From Phoronis australis (lineage: Eukaryota; Animalia; Phoronida), in NCBI GenBank assembly GCA_002633005.1, contig NMRA01000158.1, forward strand, positions 498,433-562,432: DNA of 64,000 bases, given 5' to 3'. Position numbers and translations under genes: made by a program. Below, in pieces: positions 12,460-26,224 of this stretch (positions are counted from its first letter, which is position 1; each line of letters starts with the position of its first letter). The notes under the pieces are model-generated. The model saw only the letters and a list, made by a program, of their open reading frames with translations. It was not told the origin of the DNA and ran no database searches.

Positions 12460-13700
12460 TGGTTAATTGTAGGCACCTATGCATCTGCAGGCACAGTGCA
12501 GAATGTCGCGATTCTCCATGATGTTGGACGATCCTTGATGGTTGGATAGCCGATATGCGAACAATCGATTGTTAGTCAATAATATGTAAATGGTGAATTT
12601 GCAGATACAAAAGGCAATCCACCATGTTTGGGTATTGACCTATATGTGTGGATGGTCTACGTAGCTGCTACAGGTGGATGGTAGATGCTGATGATGCATG
12701 ATCCTTCAAGTGACATTCCTCAATGCATAACAGTTGATATGCAAATGGTCAATGCAAAACGAGATGCAGACAACCCATGTTCAGAGACAAGATAGCAATC
12801 CTCAAGTGGTTGATAGGTACCGGCCGGTGTTGATAAGAAAACATTTAGGAAGTGGATGGTAGATAACAATCGTTGATGCATGGACGATCTTCAATGTAAG
12901 GGCCTTCCATAGATAACAAAAGCAGTTAAAGACTGTCAACAGTGCACACTTGATCCATGTTTGAAAACCAGATAGCAATCGATCCTTCATGCACAAACAG
13001 CTGAGATGTACTGAATGGCACCCACAGACATGATCTCCTTCGACCTTTTGCAAACCATGCATCAAATGCCTTCCATCAACCTCATAGATATCAATCTTTC
13101 ACAAACACGGAACATCTGTGTATTGAGAACTGCCATATTCCTTCTACCTACATAACATGTGTCCATTGCCGCTTGACCTCAACTGTACCCATAGCAACTA
13201 TCCACCCACCTGGACTGTCATTATGTGCACAATATATCAACCGGATGCATATGGACCATCTACCCACCTAGACAGTCAATATGCATACAGCCAATGGCAG
13301 GTGTCAATGAACATATGTTTAGAAGGTGGACGGTACATAGCTATCCTCAATGCATGGGTGTTCCTAAACGAGTGACCGATCGATATCCACTGTTGGTGAT
13401 CAGCATTGAAATGCATATCATTGATTTGTTAACATCACATGACGATCGGCAAAGCGTGGGTTCCTCAAGGCATGGATGGTCGATATTCTTCAATATATGG
13501 ATCCAACAGCTCCATGCAGTTGATGCTAATCCTTGATACGTGGGCCTTCCAAGATTTATAGTTGAAGAACTGTGAACAGTTGATGGCGATCTTGAAAGCA
13601 CCATCTTTGAACCATCAATATATGAACGGTAGACTTTGATTCTGCGTGCATGGACGTCCCTCGGTGTGCCAGTGATCCATTATCAAATAGCAAATGGCAA
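12460..13700. repeat. Degenerate ~61-bp satellite blocks in alternating orientation with decayed central hairpins; same family as 22430-23950
   Basis: Units like gtggatggtagat...acagtcgatggcgatcctcgatg; remnants cccacctggactgtcattatg and cccacctagacagtcaatatgcata at 13205-13290 match the arms and loops of the 23131-23233 hairpins. Confidence 0.65.
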
Positions 13701-13739
13701 AAGAAGTGAGCAAACACCCAGTTAATGGATGGAAGACAC

Positions 13740-15990
13740 ACGCAGACCCCAAAGTGCCTGGAAGATTCTCCATAACTGGACTCCATAATTTGTTACCGAC
13801 TGAACTTGCACAGTGAGGTCATTGAAAACCACAGTTGCTGATTAAGTGCTGTGTTGACAATGTCGATTGCTAGCTCAAAAATACCATGAGTCTGTGGGTC
13901 GTCTGAAAATTGGTTTCTCCACAACCTCTTCATCAGGTGCACTCAAATATGACAGGTGTGTGCTCATCAGTTCATGGTTTAGTTTTTGCAAAGTTCTTGC
14001 CTACGGTAGTTATTTTCACTACCACATCTTGCGCATGTGACACTGTATACGAGGTTGGGACTGATGACTACACCTATAAGTGAATGAATGGTCTCACAGA
14101 GTGTAACTTTGCTCTAATAGCAAATCGTCCATCAAATTTGAGAAGACATTCGGCAGTACGTGCTTTATCTGTAATTTAGTCCCCGGTCAAGTCAGTAGAT
14201 TACTCAGTTTCATTCAGTCTCATTTTTACTGCTTCTGAACTGCTAAAAATGATTGTCTCAATGATGTGATCATGCAGCATCTTCCTTGAATTAGCTGAGC
14301 ACTCATCCAAAAAATGCAAGTTGAAAGTTACTGTTACATACTGTTGCATGATAATAAAATTGCCATTTTCCTGAATCCAACTACTTTTATTTATTTCTGA
14401 TAACAGAGCTTTGCTGATGCATGGTCTATGTTCATTACAGCACATATGCAGAACATAAATTAGATGTCTCTAGTAAAATATACATGAGCATGAAGACTCG
14501 TCTGACTCGAATTTGTTTGCATGATACATGCAGCATTTCTTTTCCGCTCAACATGTAATTACACACAACTGCATGTCTCATTCACACTTCAAGGCCAATT
14601 GTTTTGGATATTTTGATTGGTGGAGCTACAGCTCCGTCATCAGTGGGAGGGAATTTTATGAAAGTTGGTTTGTGGATGGATCTCTTCGAGAGCCGACTTT
14701 CATAAATATGCTATCTAGTTTTTGCAACAACTAACACTGAGATATCGCGTTATTCAAGATTTTTCGGGGACAGCTGTTTAATTGACTTTCATGTTGTATC
14801 TCTGGCGTCCCTCAATCGATGGATCTTTCTGAAAATGATTCACATGTAGATAATTTTGTCAAGCACTGCATCTTGCGCTTCTCACTCAAATTTGCTGTTA
14901 TCATTAGATGATTGTTCTTTTATTGACAAATCCTTCATTGCAACTTTGTTGCGCCATCATACTACGGTCATGCAGCAGGTCGCATTTTTTATCCAGTTGA
15001 CATGCATCTTGTTCATAGCTCAATCTCAACTGTTTAATGGTTGGAATTAGACTCAAGATGGCCTGTGACGGCCGTTTTTTTGATGTTTCACTTTGCCAAG
15101 TTGTGGCATTGCTGTATTTTTCTGAAGTTAGGCAGATGGCTGGGCCTCATGAAGTGGTACATAGTTACAGCATTAGTTTGTTAATTCTTGTACCGTTACT
15201 GAGATACTCAAGATTCAGATGACTGCTCAGTTATTGACCAAATTCCTTTCTGCACCTATGTTGGTATGACACTTGTGCTACAAGTCACATTTTTCACTTA
15301 GATTGACATGAAATTCACACTCAAGGTTTCTGTAATAGCTCAAGGCCTATTGTTTGTGACGCAAGGTGGCACAATGGCATCTATTTCTCAGTTTGCTGCT
15401 TGACGAGAACATGGTGATTTTTTTTTGAGATTTGGCGTCTGGATAGGTCGCATAAAGTGCCATCTGCATTTCGCCAGTCGTTTTTTGTTAAGACTTTCAG
15501 TTCTTGAGATTTTCCAAGGAGTTCTAGTCCTTTTACTGATTTCCTTTGTTGTATCTCTTGCGTTCCTTGACAGTATTTACCTCAATTTGGCATGTCGACA
15601 ATAGATCTCATCCAGTGCTATCTACAATATGTATAACTTTTCTCTCATCGAGTTATTATTCTTCTGTATTCGAGATATAGCTGATCAGATGACCTCTTTT
15701 ATTAAATAATTCCTCATTGCACTTTTGTTGGTCAATCAGTCATGCTGCAGGACTCCTTTTACAAAATCATTCACTCATTGTATTTGAAGTTTCATTAGTT
15801 TGGCAATTTTTTCTGATATTAACTGGTTTTTACCAGCATATAGGTGTCCTTGTGCATGACTTACCACATTTTGCAGCTCATGTTTCGTCACGCTTTTGGT
15901 GTGTTCATTACGTCCATCACAGTTTGCCATTTTATTTTGGCGGGACCATTGCTTTGTGACATAGTAGTTCAATAATTGATACCTTTTCGC
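13740..15990 (-). mobile_element. Heavily decayed Helitron/Helentron RepHel N-terminal coding remnant
   Basis: Minus-strand fragments ITDKARTAECLLKFDGRFA..EQSYTL (~14100-14175) and LWSPVMENLPGTLG (~13745-13790) resemble Helitron RepHel motifs RLLNxDGRFA and FMKNIRGTxAYW in the expected order; many stops and frameshifts; HUH and helicase motifs not found. Confidence 0.5.
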
Positions 15991-16199
15991 AGAATTTCTA
16001 GTTCATCACAGAACACCTGTCTCATGACTTTTTAGCAATAAATCGATTCACTTATCCACTGTACTATACGTTTTACTTTTTGCTCTTAAGCGATAATTTT
16101 ACACACATTTTGCAAATTTTTTCAATGTCTATTATGGTTTTCTTAATTTTCTGACTTCATTATAAGGTCATACCGTTTTTGCACTTTACACTTCATTAA

Positions 16200-19100
16200 T
16201 TCACCACATGTTACAAATTCATTAACCAGTCGCTTTTCCACCCCACTTTGTTTGATTTCACAGTCTCAAATTTCCTTGAGGTAAAGAATTTCTCTTTAAC
16301 CTTGTAACAGGCAAGACTTAAACCCAGTTAGCGAGATTAAATACGCGCTGGTATTTCCTCCATTCATCTAGTTTTCATATCTTGCTTCATCACACTCAAT
16401 GGCTTTTTTGGTCATACAATTTTTCGGATTCATCGGTCGGATCACTTTAGGTTCTTGATGTTGCATTTTACTTAATATTTGTATTTTGTTCATTCATGAA
16501 GTTTCGCATTATGTGGGTTCAATTATTTCTCCCCTTTTTTTTCTTACATTCAGTCTATTTCACTGGTTTATTCAACTATCGCATTTAAAAAGTACATAAT
16601 TTTGTCACAATTTCACAGATTCTTTCATAAAATTATTTAAGGGGTTTGCAATGACGTACTCATTGCATTTGATAGGTTCATTAGTCTGCACATTACAGGT
16701 TAAGTTTAATTTTCCTTATATTAGCTTGTTTCTACCAGCATATGAGTATTGTGTGTTTTTAACATTTGTATTCATTTCAGTCTCCCATTTCATTACTCCA
16801 TTAATTTTTCACATTTTATGGTTTCATTTGAGTTATACTACTAGTTTTGGCATTAACTTGTCCTTTATTGATTTGTTTGATTTTCACATAACATTTTTCG
16901 CATTTAGCTTCATCACACTCAATGGCTTCATTGAGTTGTTAGCTTACTTTGCACAATTTCACCATTTCTTCACATCATGAAGCCATTCATCCACCGGTTT
17001 TAAGTGTCAGTTGTTTGTAGCAATTAAAAGATCTCACTCAATCATTACATTTTACAGGTTCATTTTTCTCTCACTTTGCTTGTTCATCATTATTTCATCT
17101 CTACTCGTTTATTTCTTCGTGGCTTCATTATGTCAGTCACATTTTGCTGTTGAATTAGTTTTTGTGACAAGTTTGTTAACTTGTCCTGTTATAATTCTTT
17201 AATTGATTAACTTTTACATAATTCCAAGTCCATTACTTCACCTGTTTCATGACAGTTGGTGGCATTGACGGATGGCTTTTTACTCCTGCACCTTTTGCAA
17301 ATTCTTCAGTGCCTATTATGGTTTCATGAATGTTCTCATTTTACTAGTTATTGCATTTAACGCATTTACAAATTTGTCACACGTGACAATTTCAATAACC
17401 AGTCACACTTAGAGAATTGTCATCAGCCACCTTATTGATTTCATCTCCTCCAAAGAGGATTTTGACAGGGGAAGGTTTTACTTATATTCATATTTCATTC
17501 ATTCATAAAGTTTCCCAGTTATTTTTCCTACTTTATTTGTCACACTTAACCAGTTTGTTTAGATGTAAAATTTACAGGTTCATGCTTTTTCAATTGTCAC
17601 AATTGATGTAACATTAATTAATTCAAACCATTTCTCTGATTTATTCAACTGTCCCATTTAACTACATCACTTTTTCACATTTTAACAGCTTCTTTAAATG
17701 ATTTAAGGGGTTCGCAATCAGTCACTCATTGCATTTAGCAGAGTCATTAGTTTGGCACATTTTACAGCTTAATTGCCAATTTTATTGTATTAGCTGTTCT
17801 TACCAGCATATGAGTATGTTTATGCTTCACTTATCACATTTTACAGCTTCACTTTGCTTCCTCGCGCACTATAGGGTTTAACTGTTTGTTTTTGAAATTT
17901 TACCCATTCATTAAAATCAGAGACCCACTTCATCGCTCTATTAATTTTTCACATTTTATGATTAATACGCCATTGTGTTGTTTCAGCATGTTATACAATG
18001 TTGTATGGCACAATCCAACCAAGAAACGCAAGTTGCTTTCCTTGCAGAATGGAGACACAACGATAGTTGTCAGTGATAACAAAATTTTACAATTTGTGAA
18101 AAAAGGAACCACCACTTGATGCAGCATAAAAAAACTGTAAACCCAACCAAATGCTAGCAGATGACTTCTCCCAGCAGAATACAACAAGTGAATTATGAGC
18201 ATTGAAAAAATGCTGCATTGCCCATATGCCTCAGGATGGTGATCGAACTTCAGTCTGTCAGTTACTTTGAAAAATACTCAAGGCTTTGGTTTTGATAGCC
18301 ATGTTTGAACAACATGTTCCCTTGAGCTGAATTTAAAGTCAGTTAGCTACAATTCAATTTGTTGTCACCTGCTCATTCACCATCCCTACTTTCCTTTTTT
18401 CACTTGATTATTTAATGCACTTTCGATTTACTTTCATTTTGGAAATTTTCAGAATTCCATTATTCAACTTTTTTGTTCTCTGTGGTTTCTCTTACCCGAG
18501 AGTTGCGCTTTTTATTGTCCATCTTTCTAGAGATTATTATTTGCTGTTTACTTATTATTTTACACTCATATTTCTGTACCATTATCAGTCATATAATAAA
18601 TATATTACATGGCAAAGTCGTTATCCCCCGTTATCTAGAGCCTGAGTGGATTTTGGAGAATTATCGCCCGAGTGCTGTGTTGACAATGTCGATTGCTAGC
18701 TCAAAAATACCATGAGTCTGTGGGTCGTCGGAAAATTGGTTTCTCGACAACCTCTTCATCAGGTGCACTCTAATATGACACGTGTGTGCTCGTCAGTTCA
18801 TGGTTTGGTTTTTGCAAAGTTCTTGCCTACGGTAGTTATTTTCACTACCACATCTTGCGCATGTGGCACTGTATACGAGGTTGGGACTGATGACTACACC
18901 TATAAGTGAATGAATGGTCTCACAGAGTGTAACTTTGTTCTAATAGCAAATCGTCCATCAAATTTGAGAAGACATTCGGCAGTACGTGCTTTATCTGTAA
19001 TTTAGTCCCCGGTCAAGTCAGTAGATTACTCAGTTTCATTCAGTCTCATTTTTACTGCTTCTGAACTGTTTTTGAAATTTTACCCATTCATTAAAATCAG

Positions 19101-21300
19101 AGACCCACTTCATCGCTCTATTAATTTTTCACATTTTATGATTGATACTTAAAAGTACTTAACATTATTTTTTACATTTTGATTTATACTACTTTATTGA
19201 TATCAGTTTTTGCTATTCACTTTGTTTGGTTTACTAATTCTCACATTTAGAAGTTCATTTATTTTTCACCGTTAGCTTCGTTACACTGACTTCATTTACA
19301 CACCATTTCACCATTTTGTTACATCATGACCCCATTTATTCAGCGTCACTTCCTTGTAGCGACAAATATCTCACACTCATTTCTCTTGTTCATCATTATT
19401 TCATCTGTTTTATTATAAGTTTATTTCTTCGTAGGTTCAAAAATGTTTTCCTGTTTCATTTGTAATTCTGGCGTGTTTAATTTGTCCCCTGATAATTCAT
19501 AAATTGATTACCTTTTACACAATTTCTAGTTATCCAGATTCCACTCATTTTATGACAGTTATTGGACTCACTTATCCATTGTACTTTAATTACTAGTTGC
19601 TTTTTACCCATTATTTTTTCATTGACATCTTTTCCAAATTCTTCATTGCCCATTATCATTTTATTAATTTATCCATTTTTTGCACCTTACGCACCCATTA
19701 CTTTAATTGCCGTTATAAATTCTTTAACATGTAACATTTAAAGAATTGTCATCAGTCCACTTTCTTTGCTTGCATCGCCTCTGAATTGGAATTTGAAAGA
19801 AATATTTCCATTCAGCGAGTCTAAATAAGCCCTAGTATTTCTTCAGCTCATTGATTTTTCACATTTATCTTTCATTGCACTCAACTGCTTGACTTAGTCA
19901 TAGCACTTTACTGATTCATCTTTTATGTTTAATTTGGATCATCACAGGTTTCTCTGTGTCACATTTGACAGATTCATTTCTCCCATTTTATTCACCACAC
20001 TCAACCAGTTTGTTTAGATGTAACACTTTACAGGTTCATGCTTTTTTCAATTAGTTTTCACCAGCATACAGGTGTCACCCTCACATTTTACAGGTTCATT
20101 TTGCTTTCTCACATCCTATAGAGTTCATGACATTTTTCGCATTCATAAATGTCTCTCATTCCATTAATCCATTACTTTTTCAAATTTCAAACTATTTTAC
20201 AAGTTAATGTCATTAACTCATATTTTATTGGTTCATCATTAATTTTACATTTTTTAGGTTCATTTGTTTTTCGCATTTAGTTTCGTCACACTCCACAATT
20301 TCAATTAGACACAGCATTTTGTTAGGTTCATACCTTCCATTCATTTTGCTTCATCATACATTAACTCGAATTTTAGTGGCTCATTAATTTTGACATTTAG
20401 CTTCGTCAGTCAACGATTTCAGTTACCTGTAACATTTTATGGATTTGATAGTTTCATACAATTTCACCATTAATTTTCCCTGTTACAAATTCATCAACCA
20501 GTTGCATTTAGAGAATTGTCATCAGCTCAACTTCTTTGCTTTCATTTCCTCCAAACATGATTTTGAAAGAAAAATTCCCCATATTGATGGCAAAGAATTT
20601 ACCTTTAATCTTGCAACAGTCGAGAGACTACCTATTTAGGGTGTCTGAATATGCCCCGGTATTTCCTCGATTTGTTTGTTTTTCATCACACTCAACGGTT
20701 TTATTTAGTCATAGCATTTTACATATTTATAGGTTGTTTTTAATTTGGGCAACCACAGGTTTCTGTGTTGCATTTCGTTCATTCATAAATTCTCACATTC
20801 TGTGGATTCATAATTTCTCCCATTTTATTCATCACACTCAACATTTTACGGGTTTTTGCTTTTTTGGTTGGGTTTTTCCAGCATGCGGGTGTCTTTATAT
20901 GTCACTCTCTCACTCTACAAGTTCATTTTGGTTCGTCACACCTAGGCCTGGCGATATTTTGCACATTCATTAAAGTTTCCCATTTCATTAGTCCATCAAT
21001 TTTTCATAATTCATAGTTTTGTTTGATTTACACTCTTTTGCAAGTTTTTGTCATTAACTTGCTCTTGATTGGTTCATTAACTTTCGCGTGTTTTGCATTC
21101 ATTATTTTTCGCATTTAGATTTGTTAACCAACGGTTTCAATTTAGTCATAGCATTTCATGGATTCGTCAGTTTCATACCATTTCACCATTAATTCGTTAC
21201 GGATTCATTAACCACTAACACTTAAAGAATTGTCAACAACTCTCCAGGCAAGACTTTACCCAGTTAGCAAGTCTGAATTTAATGCCCTGCTGTTTCTTCA
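16200..21300. repeat. Long-period (~0.7-1.1 kb) degenerate T-rich tandem repeats, probably part of the Helitron-like block
   Basis: Anchor agaattgtcatcag/agaattgtcaac recurs at ~17412, 19742, 20512, 21227; strong T-over-A strand skew; recurrent acattttacaggttcat motifs. Confidence 0.6.
17886..19143. repeat. Mosaic duplication: copies of 11308-12112 and 13845-14238 joined and flanked by a ~78-bp direct repeat
   Basis: 17969-18597 nearly identical to 11308-11818 plus 12001-12112; 18670-19068 nearly identical to 13845-14238; tttgaaattttacccattc...cacattttatgatt occurs at ~17886-17963 and ~19066-19143. Confidence 0.85.
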
Positions 21301-21384
21301 GTTCAGTAGCAATAACGATAAGCTCCAATCAAATAATATCCCTTGTTGAGAAAGCTCAACGAAAGTTCCCCTTTTCATGGGGGA

Positions 21385-21530
21385 AAACTTTACACATTTA
21401 ACTTGATTGACATCCTGTCATGAAAAACTTGACAGGAAAGTTTTATCCTTTTCACAAGGAAGGCTTTACCTATTGAACTTGATTGATGTCCTGTCGCGAA
21501 AAACTTGACTGGAAAGTTTTAAGCTATTCA
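21385..21530. repeat. Two ~78-bp tandem units, each with an internal hairpin
   Basis: aacttgattgacatcctgtcatgaaaaacttgacaggaaagtttt and aacttgattgatgtcctgtcgcgaaaaacttgactggaaagtttt; stem tcctgtca/tgacagga. Confidence 0.7.
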
Positions 21531-21789
21531 CGGTTAACAAGTCCCAATGCTCCATGTTATTTCCCTGGTTACTGAACCAGGGACACCCAAGTGACAGTCT
21601 CCTCATAGTTTACTCTCGGTTGCTCATCATCTCCATTTCCCCCAGCCTCATGCAAAAAAATCATAATGCACACACTCACATACACTGTTGTTGTCATCAT
21701 CACATTCATGCCTCAAACTATTGTCACACTCATCCTAAACATGTCCCCACACATTCGAATTACCTTAACCATTGATAGCTGGGTGTCAG

Positions 21790-22420
21790 TCATAGGCTCT
21801 GATGCTTGAAGTCAGGTTGTTGACGGAGATATAGCAATCCACAATCCCACCCTCTTCTTTACTAGAGTGAATGGCTGAGTTCTTTTTTATACATTCAACG
21901 ACATTGTCATAACACAGCTCACAGTCTTGAAACTCCCTACGACTTGCATCAGTATAGGTGCAGATCTGGAAATGGTGATCCAGGTTACATGGATGGTAAG
22001 CAGACAACACTACCACAGGGCATCAAGCTGAAAGGAACATCAGTAATAATCACCAATTAACTACAAGACCGGTACTCATCAGGGCGACATCCAAGTTAAG
22101 CCTAATGCATCAACGCCTGAACAGAATTTTTGAGAGAATCGGGGATGGCTGTTTACCCAAACTGTCAATTTGCCAGTGACCTCATCATTTTTTCACTCAA
22201 ATGTAAGTGCACGACTATCAATGCACAAACAATAGTTCGGATATTTCTCGATACATGGATGTTAAACATATTAATAGTTTATGTCATACCCAGCAGAAGT
22301 ACTGAGACTGAATCAGCAGGAAGTAATGTTCACTTAGAGCTAATACGGTCACCTTACTGGTGAATTCTCGATCAATTCGTCTGATCCCTTTGCTGTGTAT
22401 TATGCAATCTCTATATCAAC
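21790..22420 (-). mobile_element. Decayed AP-endonuclease fragment of a non-LTR retrotransposon (CR1/L2-like) or Helentron-borne endonuclease
   Basis: Minus-strand remnants IEIA*YTAKG, ALSEH, LIGDY, TYTDAS and CYDNVVECIKK follow the order of APE motifs (YNxxG, LSEHW, GDFN, TY...) and the post-endonuclease linker; frameshifted. Confidence 0.4.
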
Positions 22421-22429
22421 TGAGTAGGC

Positions 22430-23950
22430 ATCAAAGAGTGTCCATACATCAAAGCCTTCCATCTAATCTCTAAATAAAGACTGTTTGCACATCGACACCT
22501 GATATCAACTGTTCGCATGTCAACCATTCACACATCGAGGAACATCCATGCATCAAATTTCACCATCTAACACCTACATACCGATCGTTCACATATCAAG
22601 GACTGCATCCACACATCGAGGATCGTCATATTCTGTCGACAAACTGACTGTTTGCACATCAATGGCTGCCATCAACTGTTCACATGACGATCTTCCAAAC
22701 ACCAAGAAACATCCTAGTATCAAGGATTGTCATCTGCTGCATGCATGTCAACCATCCACGCATAGTGGAATATCCCATATCCAAGATTACCTTCAACCGT
22801 TCACATATCGACAGACCACATATCGTGGAACGTCCATTCATTCAAGGATTAGCATCTACTCATCTACATGTCAACCTTCCCCATACCGAGAAATGTCCAT
22901 GCATCGAGGATCAACATCTTCCGTACACATATCAACCACCCTCACACCGATGAACATCCACTCATCAAGGTTCACCATCTACCGCCCACAAAACAACTGT
23001 TCCCACAACAACATCCACCATCGGCCATCCGCATATCAACCTTCCACACATCATGGAACATTCACACAGCTAGAATCGTCAACTACCATTCACCTACCGA
23101 TCATGTTTCCACCGATGCTTGCCATCCACCGTATGTATAATGACTGTCCCAGTGGGAGGACAGTCATTATACGTACAGCTCATTGACCTTATGCATATTG
23201 ACTGTCCCGGTGGGAGGACAGTCAATATGCATACGATCAAGGGCAAGCATCAACGGAAACATGATCAGTAGGAGGATGGGAGATGAAGATCCTAGATGTG
23301 TGGACATTCCTTGATGTGAAGAAGATCAAAATGCTAACGGCTGATGGCAGACATCGTTGCGTGAACAGGTGGTTTGTGGACAGTAGAAGGTCATCCTTGA
23401 TGAGTGGACACTTCTCGATGTGTGGATGGTTGACATGTGTACAGAAGATGGCTATCCTTGATACATGAACATTTCTCGATATATGGATGGTCAACATATA
23501 GACAGTAGAGGGCAATCCTCGAATGTATGGAAGTTCCACAATGTGTGGGCAGCCAATACACGAACAGTCGATGGTAATCCTGGATATGTGGACGTTCCTC
23601 TATGTGTGCATGGTTGCCATGCAAACGGCAGGTGACAAACCTCGATGTAGGAATGCTACTCAATGAGTGGACAATCGACATGTGAACAGCCGATGGCAGA
23701 CATTGATGCGAGAACAATCAGATGTTGACAGAAGATGCCAATCCTCGATATCTGGATGCTCCTTTGATACGTGAATGTTCGATATGCAGACAGCAGATGG
23801 TGATCTTCAATGTATGGACATTCCTCGGGAAGTGGACGGTTGATATACGGCCAGTTGACCCGAGGCATCAACGCACGAACAGTCGATACTCAGAGATTAG
23901 ACCGCAATCTTCGATGTATGGACATTCACTGACACATGCACAGTTGACTC
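22430..23950. mobile_element. Foldback-like element: two inverted arms of ~61-bp satellite around central twin hairpins
   Basis: Left arm units (ccatccacacatcgaggaacgtcc-type) are the reverse complement of right arm units (ggacgttcctcgatgtgtggatgg-type); centre has 19-bp and 18-bp stems at 23131-23176 and 23190-23233. Confidence 0.75.
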
Positions 23951-25164
23951 GCTGATGGCACAGTACACAGCACAGTGATCAACCAGAATGACCTGGAATT
24001 CCCCAACATGATGACAGAATTAGCGGTTATGACCATGAATTCCTCGCACATCTGCCAAACTACTTCGGCTGGTTGTCATGAACCGCAAAATGGATTTATA
24101 TGAAATTACAAGTTTCCGAAAGGTTAATAAAATGCGTATTTTTGGAGCTAAAATTTTTGACAAACTGGCACTCACAAAGACACTGACACTTTTAGGAAAG
24201 TCTCATGCAACTGTAGCAATTAAATGTGGACATTACGCAAAGTGTGAACATTTAAATGTCAAGATTTCTAAATTTGGGCGGTTGGCATTTGGCCGAACTA
24301 GCCTGTAAACCCTTCTGAGTAAGGTTAGCACTGCAAGTGTAAAAGAACTCCCTGAACTTCAGCTCATCTGTACTATGCCCAGCTGATGGCAGGTAGGTGT
24401 CATTCCTTGATGTAGTCAAGCGTAGATGTGACGTTCATTAATGCATGCAGTCGATTGGCTGATTGTCGATGACAGGCGGCGATGGTCAATGTCAGACGGT
24501 AATGGTCACAAAGATCCAAACCTAAAGAAAGAAAAACCAAGAATGATTAATTAATTACAAGTTCACAATTACCTTACTTCAAACCAATCATTTTGTCTAG
24601 ATTCACACTAACATTAATCACCTAAGTCCAAAATTATGTTTTAAATCATTATGAAGTTTTGTGAAATCAGTATCATACTTCCTCAGGTTCCAAACCATAG
24701 TCCATATACTTAGCAAATTGGTGCAGAAGATCCAGTACGTTTTTGAGAGTTGTTTCATCCGCACACAGAATTTTTACTTCTCGGGTTCCACAGTTAATTC
24801 CCTTTACTTCACAATTACTTCCAAGCATAGTCAACTTTGAAAAAGTCAGAGGAAATTACATTTTGCCCAACACAAAGTTGTAGTTTTTCACCTAAAAATA
24901 TCTCCAAACCCAAACATCTTAAGAATATTAAACACGAAACTCCAGGACAATGAATCAAATACTTCTCCAAAATCCATTTTATGATCGACATATGTCCCGA
25001 ATAAAGATAAATGATACGTGCGTCGCAAGCTCGTTAATTACCAGAGATGAAAAGGAGACAGAGGTAGGCGACATAAGGTCATTTATTATGACTATTACAA
25101 TTACAATATAATGAATACAGGTAAATAACGTATAATAGGTAATCTCTGGTAAGATGGGCAATAA

Positions 25165-26060
25165 TCCATTATTGTTTCAAGACCTGAAAGTTTTCTTGAG
25201 TCCGTATAATGCAAAATGATATGAAGAGTTCTGGTGTTTTCACCAATAAATCAACCAGATAAAAAACCTGACTGATCTGGGTGAATCAATTTTTCAAGAA
25301 CTTTCGTCCTGTCTTGGTACTAAAAACGATGACAAAACTTTATAATTTGAATTTAACAAGTACAAGGGTCGACAATTTCTTAAAAATTCTCGGGGCTTAC
25401 TGGGTTTTGGCAGAAGTTTAATTCCCCCCTGATGTTGTGAATTTGGGAGAGCATACATTTCAAAACTATACTTTAAAGATCTAAGTAAATCCTTCCAAAA
25501 GTATTTGTTGAATTAAACAGTAAAAGCATCAATTACTTAACTTTTGTAATTTTTCATTTTCTTCAATGCAAATTGTACTTCTTGCGGATTAATATTTGTA
25601 TCTAAACTTGCTCATTTTTTGGATATTTTGAATTTCTACAATCATCAGTGATATTCTCAATTCCACACGCATTTTCTCTAGTAGAAGATACTTTTTCGTT
25701 AAGAGACTTTTTTATTCACTTAAAATTTCCTTTTGATTCGTCAAAGTTTCACCAGACGGCTTTAAGTTTTGTTATTCTAAACCACAAAAGTACTTTGTTG
25801 CCTTCTCATCTTCTTCAATCCATTGGCTGAGCGAGAATTTATACCCGTAAGCCTTTTACATAATTTTCTGGAATTTTTCCAAATGGGCATTGCATTCCTG
25901 CATTAACTCTTCATAAACGGATGTTTTATGTCTTGAAACAATATTTGAAAAACTTCTATCAGACCGTGATGTAAATTTCTTGGTTTTAAGTCCATTGGAA
26001 TGGTGTAAGTTCTTTATTTTTTCGAAATTCCAACGTGACGACACAGTAAAATATTAGCAA
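25165..26060 (-). mobile_element. L1/Tx1-clade LINE ORF2 fragment (linker plus RT N-terminal domains), pseudogenised
   Basis: Minus-strand QWIEEDEKATKYFCGLE, GIKLLPKPSKPREFLRNCRPLYLLNSNYKVLS and LEKLIHPDQSGF match L1/Tx1 motifs WxEEGEKxTKYF, LIPKxxKD..NWRPISLLNxDYK and IHPDQxGF. Confidence 0.85.
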
Positions 26061-26224
26061 ATATATATTCCAGTACCTAGGACTACAATGACCAACAGGA
26101 AAACAAACTGCGTAAAAGATGCGATAAACTCTATTCAAGTGCACATCGTAAGTATTAGACTTACAAAAGCTGAGGGGACACATGTTTGGCAAAATAAAAT
26201 AAAGCTACAACATTAGAGACTGAG

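Noticed and set aside
16651-20973. Hydrophobic F/I/L-rich ORFs resembling membrane proteins
   Set aside because: Artefact of T-rich degenerate repeats.
22548-23955. 212-aa and several overlapping ORFs
   Set aside because: Translations of a degenerate 61-bp satellite on both strands; no domain features.
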